Source: Podarcis muralis (taxonomy: Eukaryota). From it: DNA of 64,000 nt. The notes beneath the pieces were generated by a model, which was given only the letters and a program-made list of their open reading frames with translations, made no database searches and had not been told where the DNA came from. A program made the position numbers and the translations under genes. The stretch covers positions 7,440,001 to 7,504,000 of the forward strand of contig NC_135662.1 of assembly GCF_964188315.1 (NCBI RefSeq). The letters run 5' to 3'. Positions 36,001-48,617 of the stretch are shown piece after piece; the stretch's first letter is position 1; each line of letters begins with the position of its first letter.

Positions 36001-36996
36001 TCACATCCGGGTTTGAACTGAAACTTCTCGTTCCTCTCTGCAGTTTTCCTCCTCTTTGAAAAGTCTCTGGAGTATGACCTTCATGCTCTCCCTGGATCGA
36101 GCCCTCTTGTTTCTCCCAATCAGGAAATAAATCAGTGGGTTAATACTGCTATTCAGGCAGCTGCATAAGAACCCAACAGATATTGCAACAAATTGCAGTT
36201 TATAGTCTATAACTGGAGTGAAAAAACAGATCAATACAATGCAAGTTAATGGGAAAGCTAAGAAGAGAAAGAAGAGGAGGGCAAGCAGGATGGCTGTTAA
36301 AGCTTTTCCCTTGTTCCTCAGTTGTGATCTGAAGTAAACTTTTAGAAACAGGACCAGAGTGGAAACAGTCATGAGTGGGAGACAAAGTATAGCATTCATT
36401 AGAAACAGATAGAAAAGGGGATCCATTGTAAGTGTAAAAATAAAAAGAATCATGCTGATTACAGTGAGCAGGAAAGAAATGATCCATATTGTGGCACACA
36501 CAAGAGTGGAAAAGTGTGGTGGTCGGTGGCATCGATGCCAAAGTGGGAAGACAGCAGAAACACACCTATCCATGCTAATGGCTGTCAACAGATATTGACC
36601 AGTGTTGTACATGAACAACAACAAATAGTTGAATACTATGAGCAAGTTACTATACAAAGGTAAGAATGAAAATAAATTCAAAATTGTCATAATCGAAAGA
36701 GAAGATAAGCTCATGAGAGCCCCAAGGTCAGCAACAGCCAGATGTAGTATGAAAGTGGTAAAAGGATTCCTCTTCATGCAAAAACCAAGAAACCAGATGA
36801 CAGTTCCATTCCCCATAAGTCCAAAAATGCTAATAACTATAATTAAGAAATATAGAATAATTACTGCTATAGGATTTAGTGATGATTCATGATCAAAACC
36901 GTCCTGGGGGGTTTGGATGTCAGTTCCATTTTCTGCTCCAATATCTTTCCATGAAGCATTCAAAGAGGACCAGGATTCCAGGCCATCATTCCTCAT
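36001..36996 (-). CDS. MAS/MRGPR-like GPCR 4, 331 aa, intact
   Basis: Full 7TM with ISMDRC and NSSINPLIYF; 5' UTR acceptor at 37041-37042. Confidence 0.95.
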   Translation of the reverse strand: MRNDGLESWSSLNASWKDIGAENGTDIQTPQDGFDHESSLNPIAVIILYFLIIVISIFGLMGNGTVIWFLGFCMKRNPFTTFILHLAVADLGALMSLSSLSIMTILNLFSFLPLYSNLLIVFNYLLLFMYNTGQYLLTAISMDRCVSAVFPLWHRCHRPPHFSTLVCATIWIISFLLTVISMILFIFTLTMDPLFYLFLMNAILCLPLMTVSTLVLFLKVYFRSQLRNKGKALTAILLALLFFLFLAFPLTCIVLICFFTPVIDYKLQFVAISVGFLCSCLNSSINPLIYFLIGRNKRARSRESMKVILQRLFKEEENCREEREVSVQTRM

Positions 36997-37118
36997 CTTG
37001 CTGGATCTCTACTTCTGAGCTACTCCTTCCATGGCTTTTCCTACCAGGAGAAAAGAAACAAATGTGGAGTCAGTTTTGGCTACAAAGCTCAACCATATGA
37101 AAGTGAGACACTCATATT

Positions 37119-39128
37119 AGAAATAGAAATACTTTATTGTCACCGTACCACTTGTTAAACGAGCCCCCTCCTCCCACAATCTCTCAGTCCTTGTTACACT
37201 CTGTGTGCTGTCGTACGACCACGAACCCCAAACGTCAGCTGCAATGTGGCTGTCTTCCTTTCAGCAGCCTCACAGCCCACAGTTAGAAACTGTTCTTTAG
37301 CATATTGGTGCAGCTTATCATGCTTCTATATCTCCTGCCTGAGGGCAGGAGATTTAAAAGGTGCTGGCCAGGGTGTGAGTCATCCCTGAGAATGTTCCTC
37401 GCTCTTCTGAGGCAATGGTCTCCCGCGATGACATCTAGCGGACTCAGGGGACAGCCCACAATATTATGTGCTCTCTTCACCACCGTCCGTAGGGACTCTG
37501 TCCATGGCTGTCAAACCAGTGTACCGCACCATAATACAGTATGAGAGAACACCTTCTATCGTGGACCGATAGAAGGAAATCACCAGCTGTTGTCCAACCT
37601 TGTTCTTTCGCAAGACCCTAAGGAAATGAAGTCTCTGTTGGGCCTTCCTAACCACCTAGGTTGTATTGACCTTCAAAGTTAGGTCTTCACTAAGATGGAC
37701 TCCCAGGTATTTAAAGGAAGAGACTCTCTCCACACAGCCCCCCATGATATACAACGGGGCTAGCTTCCCTCTCTTCCTCCGAAAGTCCAACACCATCTCC
37801 TTTGTCTTGCCAATGTCTAGCTGCAGATTGTTCTCTGAGCACCATGTGGATACCTTTTGAACCTCCCCCCTGTACACAGATTCGTCTCCACATATAATTA
37901 AACCCATTATAGTGATGTCATGAGCAAACTTAATAATTGCAGTAGATGGGTCAGATGAAATGCAATCATATGTATACAACAAATACAGGTACAGTGGTGC
38001 CTCGCAAGACGAAAATAATCCGTTCCGCAAGTCTCTTCGTCTAGCGGTTTTTTCGTCTTGCGAAGCAACCCTATTAGCGGATTAGCGGATTAGCGCGTTT
38101 AGCGGCTTAGCGGCTTAGCGGCTATTAAATGCTTAGCGGCTAAAAGGCTATTAGCGCCTTAGCGGCTTAGAGAAAGGGGGGAAAAGTGGGAAAAAATCGC
38201 AAGACTCGCAAGACGTTTTCGTCTTGCGAAGCAAGCCCATAGGGAAAATCATCTTGCGAAGCAACTCAAAAACGGAAAACCCTTTCGTCTAGCGGGTTTT
38301 CCGTCTTGCGAGGCATTCGTCTTGTGGGGCACCACTGTATGGACTTAGCACACATCCCTGTGGAGTGCCAGTGCTGAGCTTCAGGGAGGTAGATGTAACA
38401 GATCCAATCCTTACTCTTTGTGTCTGATCTCTCAGAAAGTCTTTAATCCACTCACAGATATTAGAAGAAAGGTCCAGGTCCCTTAACTTTCCGAAGAGAA
38501 TGTCCGGAAGGATGGTATTGAAAGCCAAGCTATCATCAATAAACAGCATTCTGACATAATTTCCTGGTTTCTCCAGATGACTCGCTGCAAGGTGAAAAGC
38601 TGTAGCAATGGCATCGTCTGTTGACCTATTTTTCCTATAGGCGAACTGGTGTTTATCAAAGCCCGGTGGAAAACATGTTCTCATGTGTCTCTCGAAACAT
38701 TTCATCACTACAGATGTTAATGCAATGGATCTATAGTCATTTAGGCAGCTAAATGCTGTTTTCTTTGGGACTGTGATAATTGTGGCCGCTTTCAAACATG
38801 ATGGAACACAAGCGGTTTGCAGAGAGATGTTAAAAATCTCTTGTCAAGACCCCTGCTAATTGATCGGCGCAATTTTTTACCACTATTCCCAACACCCCAT
38901 TTGGGACAGCAGCTTTGCAGGGATGGACCGCCCACAATGCAGCTTTCACTTGATGGTCATATAAAGCAAGTGGCTGTGAGTTTGTAGGCTAGCAGACAGG
39001 AGCCGAGATATCTGCTCATAGAGGGCGAAGTAGATGTTCAGCTCCTCTGCCAGCATATCATTGGCCGTGACCATGTTCGTCATATTGCCTTTATAGTTGG
39101 TTAGGTGCTGCAATCCTTGCCACACATT
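37119..39128 (-). mobile_element. Rex1/Babar-like LINE, 5'-truncated and decayed
   Basis: [50 protein letters not shown] and RKAQQRLHFLR. The site is empty in the paralogous introns at about 46240, 51500 and 61325. Confidence 0.9.
37992..38337. mobile_element. Tc1/mariner-type MITE (346 bp) with an internal (TTAGCGGC)-like array
   Basis: TIR cagtggtgcc(t/c)c with TA on both sides. Removing it restores the RT sequence SPYLYLLYTYDC. Confidence 0.9.
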
Positions 39129-40787
39129 CAGTAATAAAAGAGACATGCTATAGTGGGAATTCATGACTGATAAACAAAGGTTTAGGGAGGAAATGCAGTT
39201 TGCCAATGGGTTATGGATTTTTCCTTCAATAAAATATCTGCAGGCATAGCATCAGTAAGCATATCATTTCTGAACTAAAATTCCCCTCTTCTGCTCTCTT
39301 ATCAAACTACTGTACTGTGTCCAAAACACTGGGAGTGGGATGGTTGGATGGGCTCAGTGCTTCAAATCTGGAGTGAAGAAGAGGAATGGGAGAAGGAATT
39401 GAGCAGCTCTGGTGATCAGGAAAACAAAAGCCATTATGATTATTAGTACACCGCCCATCTGACTGGGTTCCCAAATCACAGTGGGCAGCTTCCAACATAT
39501 ATTATAAAAACATAACCAAATGATGCATTGGGAAGGCAGGTATAAGGTTTTTTATTATTAAAATGTGATTTTTATAAAACCAGATGAAATAAAACTCAAG
39601 TCAAATCCACTGTACTGGTCTTACGGGGCCAAACAGATGCTTAAGAGAAGCCTACAAGCAGCTTCTGAACACAACAATAGTCTCCTCTCCTGTTTTTTCT
39701 ACTTGTCAACCAGCTCTTTAATTTCCCAACCCCACTAGGGGCAACTTTGACATTGCTGCGAGACCATCCTGTGTTTTTACTGGGACATGGGACACTTCTG
39801 TTCAACCCCACATACATTAACATACTTCACATACATTCCTTACATTTTTCACTCCTCTCCTGTTGACCCTCTTTGACCAATATTATCTAATATAACATTT
39901 CCCAGCATAAGGAGACATGCCAACACCAGTAAACTGTTTATGGAGGAAACAATATGAATTATAACAGAAAAATAAAACACAAGTTAAAGTGAATTCAAGC
40001 AGTAAAATGAGAGCTAGTAATAAAAATAAAAAAATGATGATGAGCCTTACATTGAGATTTTTTAAAATTAATCTTGTATCCCCACTGTAGAGCACTTGTG
40101 AGGCAGATGATTGGTTTGTCCAGCCCACTATTCCCTTCTCCAGGGATTCAACTTGGCCTTTTCTGCCTGTAATGCATGTACACTTCTGCCTTTGGTTCTT
40201 CTCCCACTTTTGCAAATGCACTATGTCAACTTGAGACATGACTAAGAGGGGGACAACCTGTGAGCAACTCTTGATCAGCAGTCTAAGGACACAGTGAGTT
40301 GGAGGCAAGAAGCACAAAATCTTGTCCTGGAATGAGGAGGTACCAGGAAGATTGGCAGAATTGACTACAGCCCCAAGGAGGAGAAAATTTCACCAAGCTC
40401 TCTGCAAGATGTTTAGGGCTCCACCCTTTACTCTTCATCTGCTCTTAAGCAGTTTGGCAATATCCTGTGGCAAGAAGAATTTTGTTCATTAGTTGTCCAG
40501 AAAGTTAATTTAAGAGGAGGTTCTTGCCTCCAAAGTCTTGATGTCATGGTGAAGCATTCTTGAGAAAAGTGAGTAAATAAGTTGCAAGGAACAACTGAGT
40601 GAGGGGTGAAACTACCGTGTCTTTGTTTCTTTGGGGAAAATCATATGGTTTGATTGCATTGTGCATATGAAGCCCCACAGGTGTAACTATGAAACCTGGA
40701 AGGGGGAGGGGCTTTTGAATGACTAAGAAGGGGACAATGGTTAACCAGGTGGGAGAGGAGAACAGAATGGAATGGTTGGATGCGATG

Positions 40788-40837
<50 letters not shown>

Positions 40838-40863
40838 ATGTATATAAAGATCTATGTATAGTA

Positions 40864-41390
40864 TGGCAGATAAAGATGATGGACTTTATGGAGCTGGCTT
40901 ATCTCACTGGGAGAATCCGCGACCACAAAGAAGAGGAAAATCAAGAAGACTGGAAGAAATTTAAAGATTACTTGAGTAAATATTATAATATTAAAGATTA
41001 GTAGTTACTTGAAGGTACTAAACAGACCTAGGATTAAATTAAGACTAAATAAATAAATACGATATAGATATAGAATGTTAAGAAAAGTTAAGAATTTTGA
41101 TTATAATCGGAATATTGTACTTTTGAACAATGATATTGGAAAACTGCTACATTCAGTTACAAGGAAATTCAGTTGGGAGAGATTAGAGGAAGTCAGGTAA
41201 TATTTTTAAGAAGTTGGAAATTTAATTAATTAATTAACTTTTATTGTTTAAGTGTTTGTGGTTATATTTTTGGTTATCATTTGTTATATCTGTTTTATTC
41301 CTTTTTTTCTTTTTCTTGTATTTTGGTGTTGATTTTATAGTATGTGTTGTATTTGTATGAAACTTTATAAATATTATGGGGGGGGGGGAG
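40864..41390 (+). mobile_element. L1-type LINE 3' fragment
   Basis: Encodes KMMDFMELAYLTGRIRD..DWKKFKDYL. TSD AGATCTATGTA(T/C)AGTA at 40848-40863 and 41391-41406; the paralogous site at about 29520 is empty. Confidence 0.85.
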
Positions 41391-41709
41391 AGATCTATGT
41401 ACAGTAACTAACAGGGCATGTTGTGACTAGCTTATTTTCCTTGTTCAAATTGAGGGCACGCCCACCATTCCACCAGTCCTATTCCAAAAGGGCACAGTTT
41501 CACACACTTTCCAGGTACTTTCCAGGCAATGGTCCAAGTGACCTTCCATTTGCTGTGCAGCTACCCCCTGAAAAACACGCTCGTTTCCTCTGAATTGGAA
41601 TGAACAGCAATCTGCAGAAAACCCAATGGCCATTTGTTTTGAGAAGAGAAGGTTTTCCAAGTGGGTAATGGAAGGCCAAATGAGGTATGGAGAAGCCCTG
41701 AGAACCGGA

Positions 41710-43212
41710 GAATTCATGACTGATAAACAAACAAACAAACAAACAAACAAACGTGAGGAATATTGTTCATTGGAATGTTTGTCAAAACTTATCAGCTTCA
41801 AAGGCTTGCAGCGGGATGCAGTTTGCCAATGGGTTATGGATTTTTCCTCCAAATAAAAAAATCTGCAGGCACAGCATCGGTAAGCATATCATTTCTGAAC
41901 CTCTTGTGTCGTAGACATTGAGGGTGGGATGGTTGGGTGGTAGAGAAGAGGAGTGGGAGAAGCAATTGAACAGCTCTTGTGATTAGGGAAACAAAAGCCA
42001 GAATGAATTGGGAAGGCATCTGTTTTTGATAATTATTAAAATGTGATTTTAAACAAAAGTGGATAAAATAAAACTCAAGTTGAATTGAGATTATTAAGAA
42101 ATATGAAAATTAGAGAACCCCCCCCCCCAATAGATTAGCCAGGCAGCAAGATTTTTACAATGTGGAATGTATTAGACAAACCATTACTCTATCCTGCCTA
42201 GTACTTTCTGCTCTGACTGGATGTGGGAACCAAAAATTTCTGCCATCTTCACCAGCCATCCACCCGGTATCCTTCTAACAGAACACTCCATGGAGTTAGC
42301 TTGTCCCAACTATCAGCCAAAGGTGCACAGCATTATCATTCAGCTACAGATCCCCTCTTACCTTTGCTAATGAATGACATCAAATTTAGCTATTCACATA
42401 CCTGTCAAAAGCTTTGGATCAGCATCCCTCAGGCAAGGTGAGTGGGAGCAGCAAGTGGTGCTGGAATAATCAGGTAATCAGAAGATTTGCAAAAATTGTT
42501 AAGATGCCTCATCTTAGCAAGATGTGTAGGATTCTGCCCATGTGTCTTCAGTTCTGTGTAATCCATTTGCCAGCATCGTGTGATAAGCTGGTTGCTTTGT
42601 GCCTTGGGTCTCAGGATAGCATTTGGCAAACTCAGGAGGAGATTCTTGCCTTCTAAAGTTCAGTGCCCCAAGCAAGCACTCTTGAGAAGAGAGAGTTTGC
42701 AAGTGGTAAGCAAGTCTCACTTCTCTTTGACCTTATCTGGAGAAATATCTTTATTGGTTAGAGTGTCATCTGACCCATTAACAGAAAGAGTAGCTAATGT
42801 CTTAAGTGAGCTATGAGCTTTCTGTTGGTTCTGCTAGGGTGGAGAACTATATCTGAAGAACAAATGGAGAGTCCTGCTAGATCAGGTACGTGGCCCCTGC
42901 AGCCAACTGTCCTGGTCTCACAATGACCAAACAAATACTTCAGGGAAACCCACATATAGCTTCTGAACACAACAGGACCCTCCTCCCCCATGATGATCTG
43001 CTGGCAGGCCTTAATCTCCTTAATTTTCCAATCCTGTTGGGAAAACTTTGACATATGTGTGAGGCTGATAGGCTTTTTTTGGTGGGACTTCAACACACTT
43101 CGGCCCAATCCCACATGCATCAATTTTTTAAAGCCTCTATTTTTATTTATATACTCTTCAATCCATCCTGGCGACAAGGGGAAAAAAAACAAATTCTCAG
43201 TCTGAATAATGC
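41710..43212 (-). pseudogene. Ghost unit: intron and 5'-exon region of a gene 5/6-type copy without its coding exon
   Basis: Collinear with 46272-47810 and 51535-53070 but joined at 41706-41710 to gene 3/4-type upstream DNA. Confidence 0.7.
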
Positions 43213-43363
43213 NNNNNNNNNNNNNNNNNNNNNNNNNNNNNNNNNNNNNNNNNNNNNNNNNNNNNNNNNNNNNNNNNNNNNNNNNNNNNNNNNNNNNNNN
43301 NNNNNNNNNNNNNNNNNNNNNNNNNNNNNNNNNNNNNNNNNNNNNNNNNNNNNNNNNNNNNNN
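43213..43363. other. Assembly gap (151 N)
   Basis: Run of N. Confidence 1.
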
Positions 43364-45119
43364 TTCCACCTGGTTCTTAGTTTTTTCCATTCAGTCATTC
43401 CATTTCCCATTCCACTAAATTTTCCTTGGGTTGTTCTGCAGTTTTTATGTCCCTCTCAGTGCTACACAAAGCATGCCTCTTATGCAATGGTGGTATAATT
43501 TTGGATACAGGAGGGCAAACATGAGAAATATCAACTTGATATTACATGAGACTTAGATATGTGATATAGAAGACTCTGTATGAGAATGATATACTGGGCA
43601 CATGTTCATGACCGTTAAATGCCAGGACCTTGTTATCTGCCACCAGAGCTATCTTGCTTGAACTTCTGCAGAAGATAGTTGGGTGTTTCCTGTTAGAGGA
43701 GTCGGTTACAAAAGCATCAAACCCAAAACTTATATTATGCGGAAAATAACTATATATGCAAAAATGATATGCAAAAGCATTCCAAAACATTATGGGGGTA
43801 ATTAAAGTTCTGGGCCTCAGACCAAATCCCGTTCTCAATCCTTGGGTTCAATCCTTCTGCATCAGTCCAACAGGAAGTTAATTCTTCTCTTTTGAAACAT
43901 CAGATTTACTTTCATTAATCGTGCACGCGTGCACACACAGACTAAGAGAGAGAGAAAGACAGACAGAGAGATACGGAGACTGCAGGAGCTGGGTTTGAAG
44001 ACAGTAATCTTTCTCTGTCACCCATCAGGGCTTTGTGCCATTCTGATGATGAGTCTTACTTGCTCATGCTGATTTTTGGTTAACCTTTTATGTGAGCAGC
44101 TTGCACACTGTGGTGGGTCACTTAGGTTGTGCCAGTGAAAAGCTAATCAGCTTAAGAGGAGCCCAATCATCTTTCATCAGAGGTGACTCTTTGCTCTGCA
44201 ATGCACAGTGGACTGCATGGTTTCACCTGATTGCTTTATTCTCATGCCCCATCCTAATCCTTCTTAACAAGAGTTAACGAGAATGATGTGTCAAGGTGAG
44301 TCTTTATACATGGCGATTTCAGTTCTTCACCATGCTAAGGAGTCTAGTGTAGGTTTGGATATAGGCTTGACGGCTAGCATTGAGTGGAAAGTGCATTGTG
44401 GCATGATATGGAACCACCTCCCTACTGTACCCTCTGATGATTTTTTCAAAAAAATTATTGGAAAGATAGAGAAACATTGATGTCATGAATCATTTCTGCT
44501 AATTGTCACATTGCCCTGTTAAGGTGTAGATAGCAGAATTTTAACAATTTTTATAACATCCATATAATAAGCATGGCTTTTTTTCAGCCACAACTCACCA
44601 GAGCTCAATACCCACACCTCTCAGGTGGGTGCCATGGCTATAATAGGAGAACAAGGCAGGCCTTTATGGTCAGCTTCTGTACCTCTTTTTCTAGAAAAAT
44701 AGCACAGAAAATAGGGATTGTACTGGTGGAATGTTCCATCATGCATTTTTTTCAAAAAATCTGGGGGAAATATTTTCTTCTGTTTTCTTCAAACATTCGA
44801 TCTCTACCTGTGAAGATTTCTTTACTTCATTCCCTTTGGCAATGAATCTGTTATCTATACCATTTAGCAAGTCATCCCACTCAACTCACACTGTTAAAGC
44901 GGCATTTATTTTTATTTAATTTTCTAAAACATCTAAAACATTTATCCTGCCAAATGGGCAATCCAAGGGGCTTTTAACGATACTCCAGAAACGAGGACAA
45001 AAATTAACAGAGTAAATGAATCCAAAATAATAAAATAGTGAGTACAGGGGAAAACAAGTACCAAGAAATACACCAAGAGATAGAAAATGAAGCTTTCTGA
45101 GCTATTTTGAAGTCTTTCT

Positions 45120-46127
45120 TCACATCTGGGTTTGAACTGGAACTTCTCGTTCCTCTCTGCAGTTTTCCTCCTCTTTGAAAAGTCTCTGGAGTATGACCTT
45201 CATGCTCTCCCTGGATCGAGCCCTCTTGTTTCTCCCAATCAGGAAATAAATCAGTGGGTTAATACTGCTATTCAGGCAGCTGCATAATAACCCAACAGAT
45301 ATTGCAACAAATTGCATTTTATAGTCTATAACTGGAGGGAAAATACCGATTAATGAAATGCAAGTAAGTGGGAAAGCTAAGAAGAGGAAGACGAAGAGGG
45401 CAAGTAGGATGGCTGTTACAGCTTTTCCCTTCTTCCTCTGTTGTGATCCGAAGTAAACTTTTATAAACAGGACCAGAGTGGAAACAGTCATGAGTGGGAG
45501 GCAAAGTATAGCATTCAATAGAAAGTGGAATAAAATGTAATACCATGGAATGCTAAAAATAGCAACAATCAAGTGGATTGCAATGAGCAGGAAAGAAATG
45601 ATCCATATTGTGGCACACACAAGGGTGGAAAAGTATGGTGGTCGGTGGCATCGATGCCAAAGAGGGAAAACGACAGAAACACACCTGTCCATGCTAATGG
45701 CTGTCAACAGATATTGACCAGTGTTGTACATGAAGAAAAAAAGAATGGAACCCAATAATACTATCAAATGCACATAGGGAGTTAAAGATAAGAATGACTC
45801 CAGAAGATATATAATGGAAAAAGTAAATAAGCATATGAGAGTCCCAAGGTCAGCCACAGCCAGATGCAGTATGAAGGTGGTGAAAGGATTCCTCTTCATG
45901 CAAAAGCCAAGAAACCGGATGACAGTTCCATTCCCAATGATTCCAAAAATGCTAATAAGTAAAATGGAGATAAGTAAAATGGGGATAAGAATGTCTGCTA
46001 TACTATATGGTGATAATTCATGATCAAAACCATCCTGGGGGGTTAGGAGGTCAGTTTTATTTTCTGCTCCAATATCTTCCAACGAAGCATTCGAAGAGGA
46101 CCAGGATCCCAGGCCATCATTGCTCAT
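45120..46127 (-). CDS. MAS/MRGPR-like GPCR 5, 335 aa, intact
   Basis: Full 7TM; acceptor at 46172-46173. Confidence 0.95.
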   Translation of the reverse strand: MSNDGLGSWSSSNASLEDIGAENKTDLLTPQDGFDHELSPYSIADILIPILLISILLISIFGIIGNGTVIRFLGFCMKRNPFTTFILHLAVADLGTLICLFTFSIIYLLESFLSLTPYVHLIVLLGSILFFFMYNTGQYLLTAISMDRCVSVVFPLWHRCHRPPYFSTLVCATIWIISFLLIAIHLIVAIFSIPWYYILFHFLLNAILCLPLMTVSTLVLFIKVYFGSQQRKKGKAVTAILLALFVFLFLAFPLTCISLIGIFPPVIDYKMQFVAISVGLLCSCLNSSINPLIYFLIGRNKRARSRESMKVILQRLFKEEENCREEREVPVQTQM

Positions 46128-47838
46128 CTTGCTGGATCTCTACTTCTGAGATTTTTCTTGTATAGCTCTTACTACCAGGAGAAAATAAACAAATGTGGAG
46201 TCAGTTTTAGCTATAAAGCTCAACCGATTAAACTGAGACAAAGAATAATAAAAGAGACATGCTATAGTGGGAATTAATGACTGATAAACAAACACATTAG
46301 GAATATGGTTCACAGGAATGTTTGTCACAACTTATCAGTTTCAAAGGCTTTGTGGGGAAATGGAGTTTGCCGATGTGTTGTGGATCTTTCCTCTAAGTAA
46401 AAAAACTGCATTCACAACATCAGTAAGCACATCGTTTTAGAACTCAAATTCCCCTCTTCTGCTCTCTGACTCAGCCTTAAGATCGGAAACTAACCTCTTG
46501 TGTCATTGACTTCGGTTGGTTGGGTGGTGGAGAAGACGAGTGTGAGAAGGAGTTGAACAGCTCTTGTGATTCTGGAATGAATTGGGAAGGCATATGTAAT
46601 TTTATTGTTATAAAAATGTGATTTTGAACAAAAGTGGATAAATAAAACTCAAGTTGAATTGGGATTGTTAAGAAATATGAAAATTAAAAAAAAAACAAAA
46701 AAACCCCACAAGAGATTAGCCAGACAGCAAGAGTTTTATAATGTGGAATGTATTAGACAAACCATTACTCTATCCTGCCTAGTACTTTCTGCCCTGACTG
46801 GATGTGGGAACCAAAAATTTCTGCCGTCTTCACCAGCCATCCACCTGATATCCATCTAGCAGAACACTCCATGGAGTTAGCTTGTCCCACCTATCTGCCA
46901 AAGGTGCACAGCATTGTCATTCAGCTACAGATCCCCTCTTACCTTTGCTAATGAATGACATCAAAAGTAGCTATTCGCATTGCTCTCAAAAACTTTGGAT
47001 CAGCATCCCTCTGGCATGGTGAGTGGGAGCAGCAAGTGGTGCTGGAATAAGCAGGTAATCGGAAGATATTCAGAAATTGTTAAGACGCCTCACCTGGTTC
47101 TTAGCAAGATGGGTAGGATTCTGCCCATGTGTCTTCAGTTCTGTTTAATCCATTTGCCAGCATCGTGTGATAAGCTGGTTGCTTTGTGCATTGGGTCTCA
47201 GGATAGCATTTGGCAAACTCAGGAGGAGACTCTTGCCTTCTAAAGTTCAGTGCACCAAGCAAGCACTCTTGAGAAGAGAGAGTTTGCAAGTGGTAAGCAA
47301 GCCCAACGTCTCTTTGTCCCTATCTGGAGAAACATCTTTATTGATTAGAGTGTCACCTGACCCATTAACAGAAAGACTAACCAGTGTATTCAGAGAGAAA
47401 TCAGCTTGCGGTTGGTTCTGCAGGGGAAGAACGTAGGCTGGGGTGGAGAAATGTATCTGAAGAACAAAAAAGAGAGTCCTTCTATATCAGGTCAGTGGCC
47501 CTTGCAGTCAATTGTCCTGGTCTCACAATGACCAAACAGATGCTTCAAGGAAGCCCACAACAGCTTCTGAGCACAACAGTACTCTCCTCCCCTGTGATGT
47601 TCTGCTGGCAGGCCTTAGTCGCCTTAATTTTCCAACCCCCTTGGGAAAACTTTGACACGTGCGGGAGGCCAATCTGCTTTTTTTGATTGGATGTGGGCAC
47701 ACTTCTGTCCGATCCCATATGCACCAGTTCTTTAAAGCCTCTATTTATTGATACTGAGTATTCTTCATTCCATCTTGGCAACAAGGAAGAAATTAATTCT
47801 CAGTCTGAATAAGGCTGCAATTTAGTCAGGTCAAGGGA

Positions 47839-47912
<74 letters not shown>

Positions 47913-48471
47913 CACTGCATGCCGCCAAACATGGGGAGTGTCAACTCGATATTACGGCATATGTGATTGAAATATGTGGTATAGAAGACTCTGTATGAGA
48001 ATGGTGTACTGGGCACATGCTCTTGAGAGTTATATGCCAGGGCTTTGTTATCCACCACCAGATTTATCTTGCTTGAACTTCTGGGTGTTTCCTGTCAGAG
48101 GAGACAGTTACAAAAGCATCAAACCCAAAATTTATATAATGGGAAAAATAGCTATATATGTAATAACTATGTGCAAAAATATACCAAAACATTATGGGGA
48201 TGTTTAAAGATCTGAAACTCAGACCACATCCAGTTCTCAATCCTTGGGCTCAATCGTTCTGCAACAGTCCAACATCAAGTTCCTTTCTCTCTTTTGAAAC
48301 ATTAGATTTTCTTTCATCAATCATTCAGAAAGTAATGTTTTGCTGCACAACTGAACATCTAAAATAACATGAAGGTAATGCTCTTTGGAGGTCATCTATC
48401 TTAACCCCCTGCTCAATGCTAAAATCCTGTCGTCACCCTGAAATCATTCTCTTTCTGAATAAGGCTGCAAT

Positions 48472-48617
48472 NNNNNNNNNNNNNNNNNNNNNNNNNNNNN
48501 NNNNNNNNNNNNNNNNNNNNNNNNNNNNNNNNNNNNNNNNNNNNNNNNNNNNNNNNNNNNNNNNNNNNNNNNNNNNNNNNNNNNNNNNNNNNNNNNNNNN
48601 NNNNNNNNNNNNNNNNN
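48472..48617. other. Assembly gap (146 N)
   Basis: Run of N. Confidence 1.

Noticed and set aside
38080-38170. TTAGCGG array as a telomere-like or CRISPR-like repeat
   Set aside because: There are no spacers and the unit is not TTAGGG. It lies inside a TIR-bounded MITE.
41445-41852. Minus-strand ORF similar to 31001-31375 (IGFSADCCSFQFRGNE)
   Set aside because: This is paralogous non-coding DNA: the N- and C-termini differ, one copy runs into an L2 tail, and I found no convincing splice pair.
42430-42445. Plus-strand donor AAG|GTGAGT suggesting an antisense transcript
   Set aside because: It is not consistently conserved among paralogous blocks, and there is no supporting exon structure.
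45925-45930. W-to-R change in TM1/ICL1 of GPCR 5 (VIRFLG)
   Set aside because: GPCR 1 also has Arg at this position, so it is probably tolerated variation.
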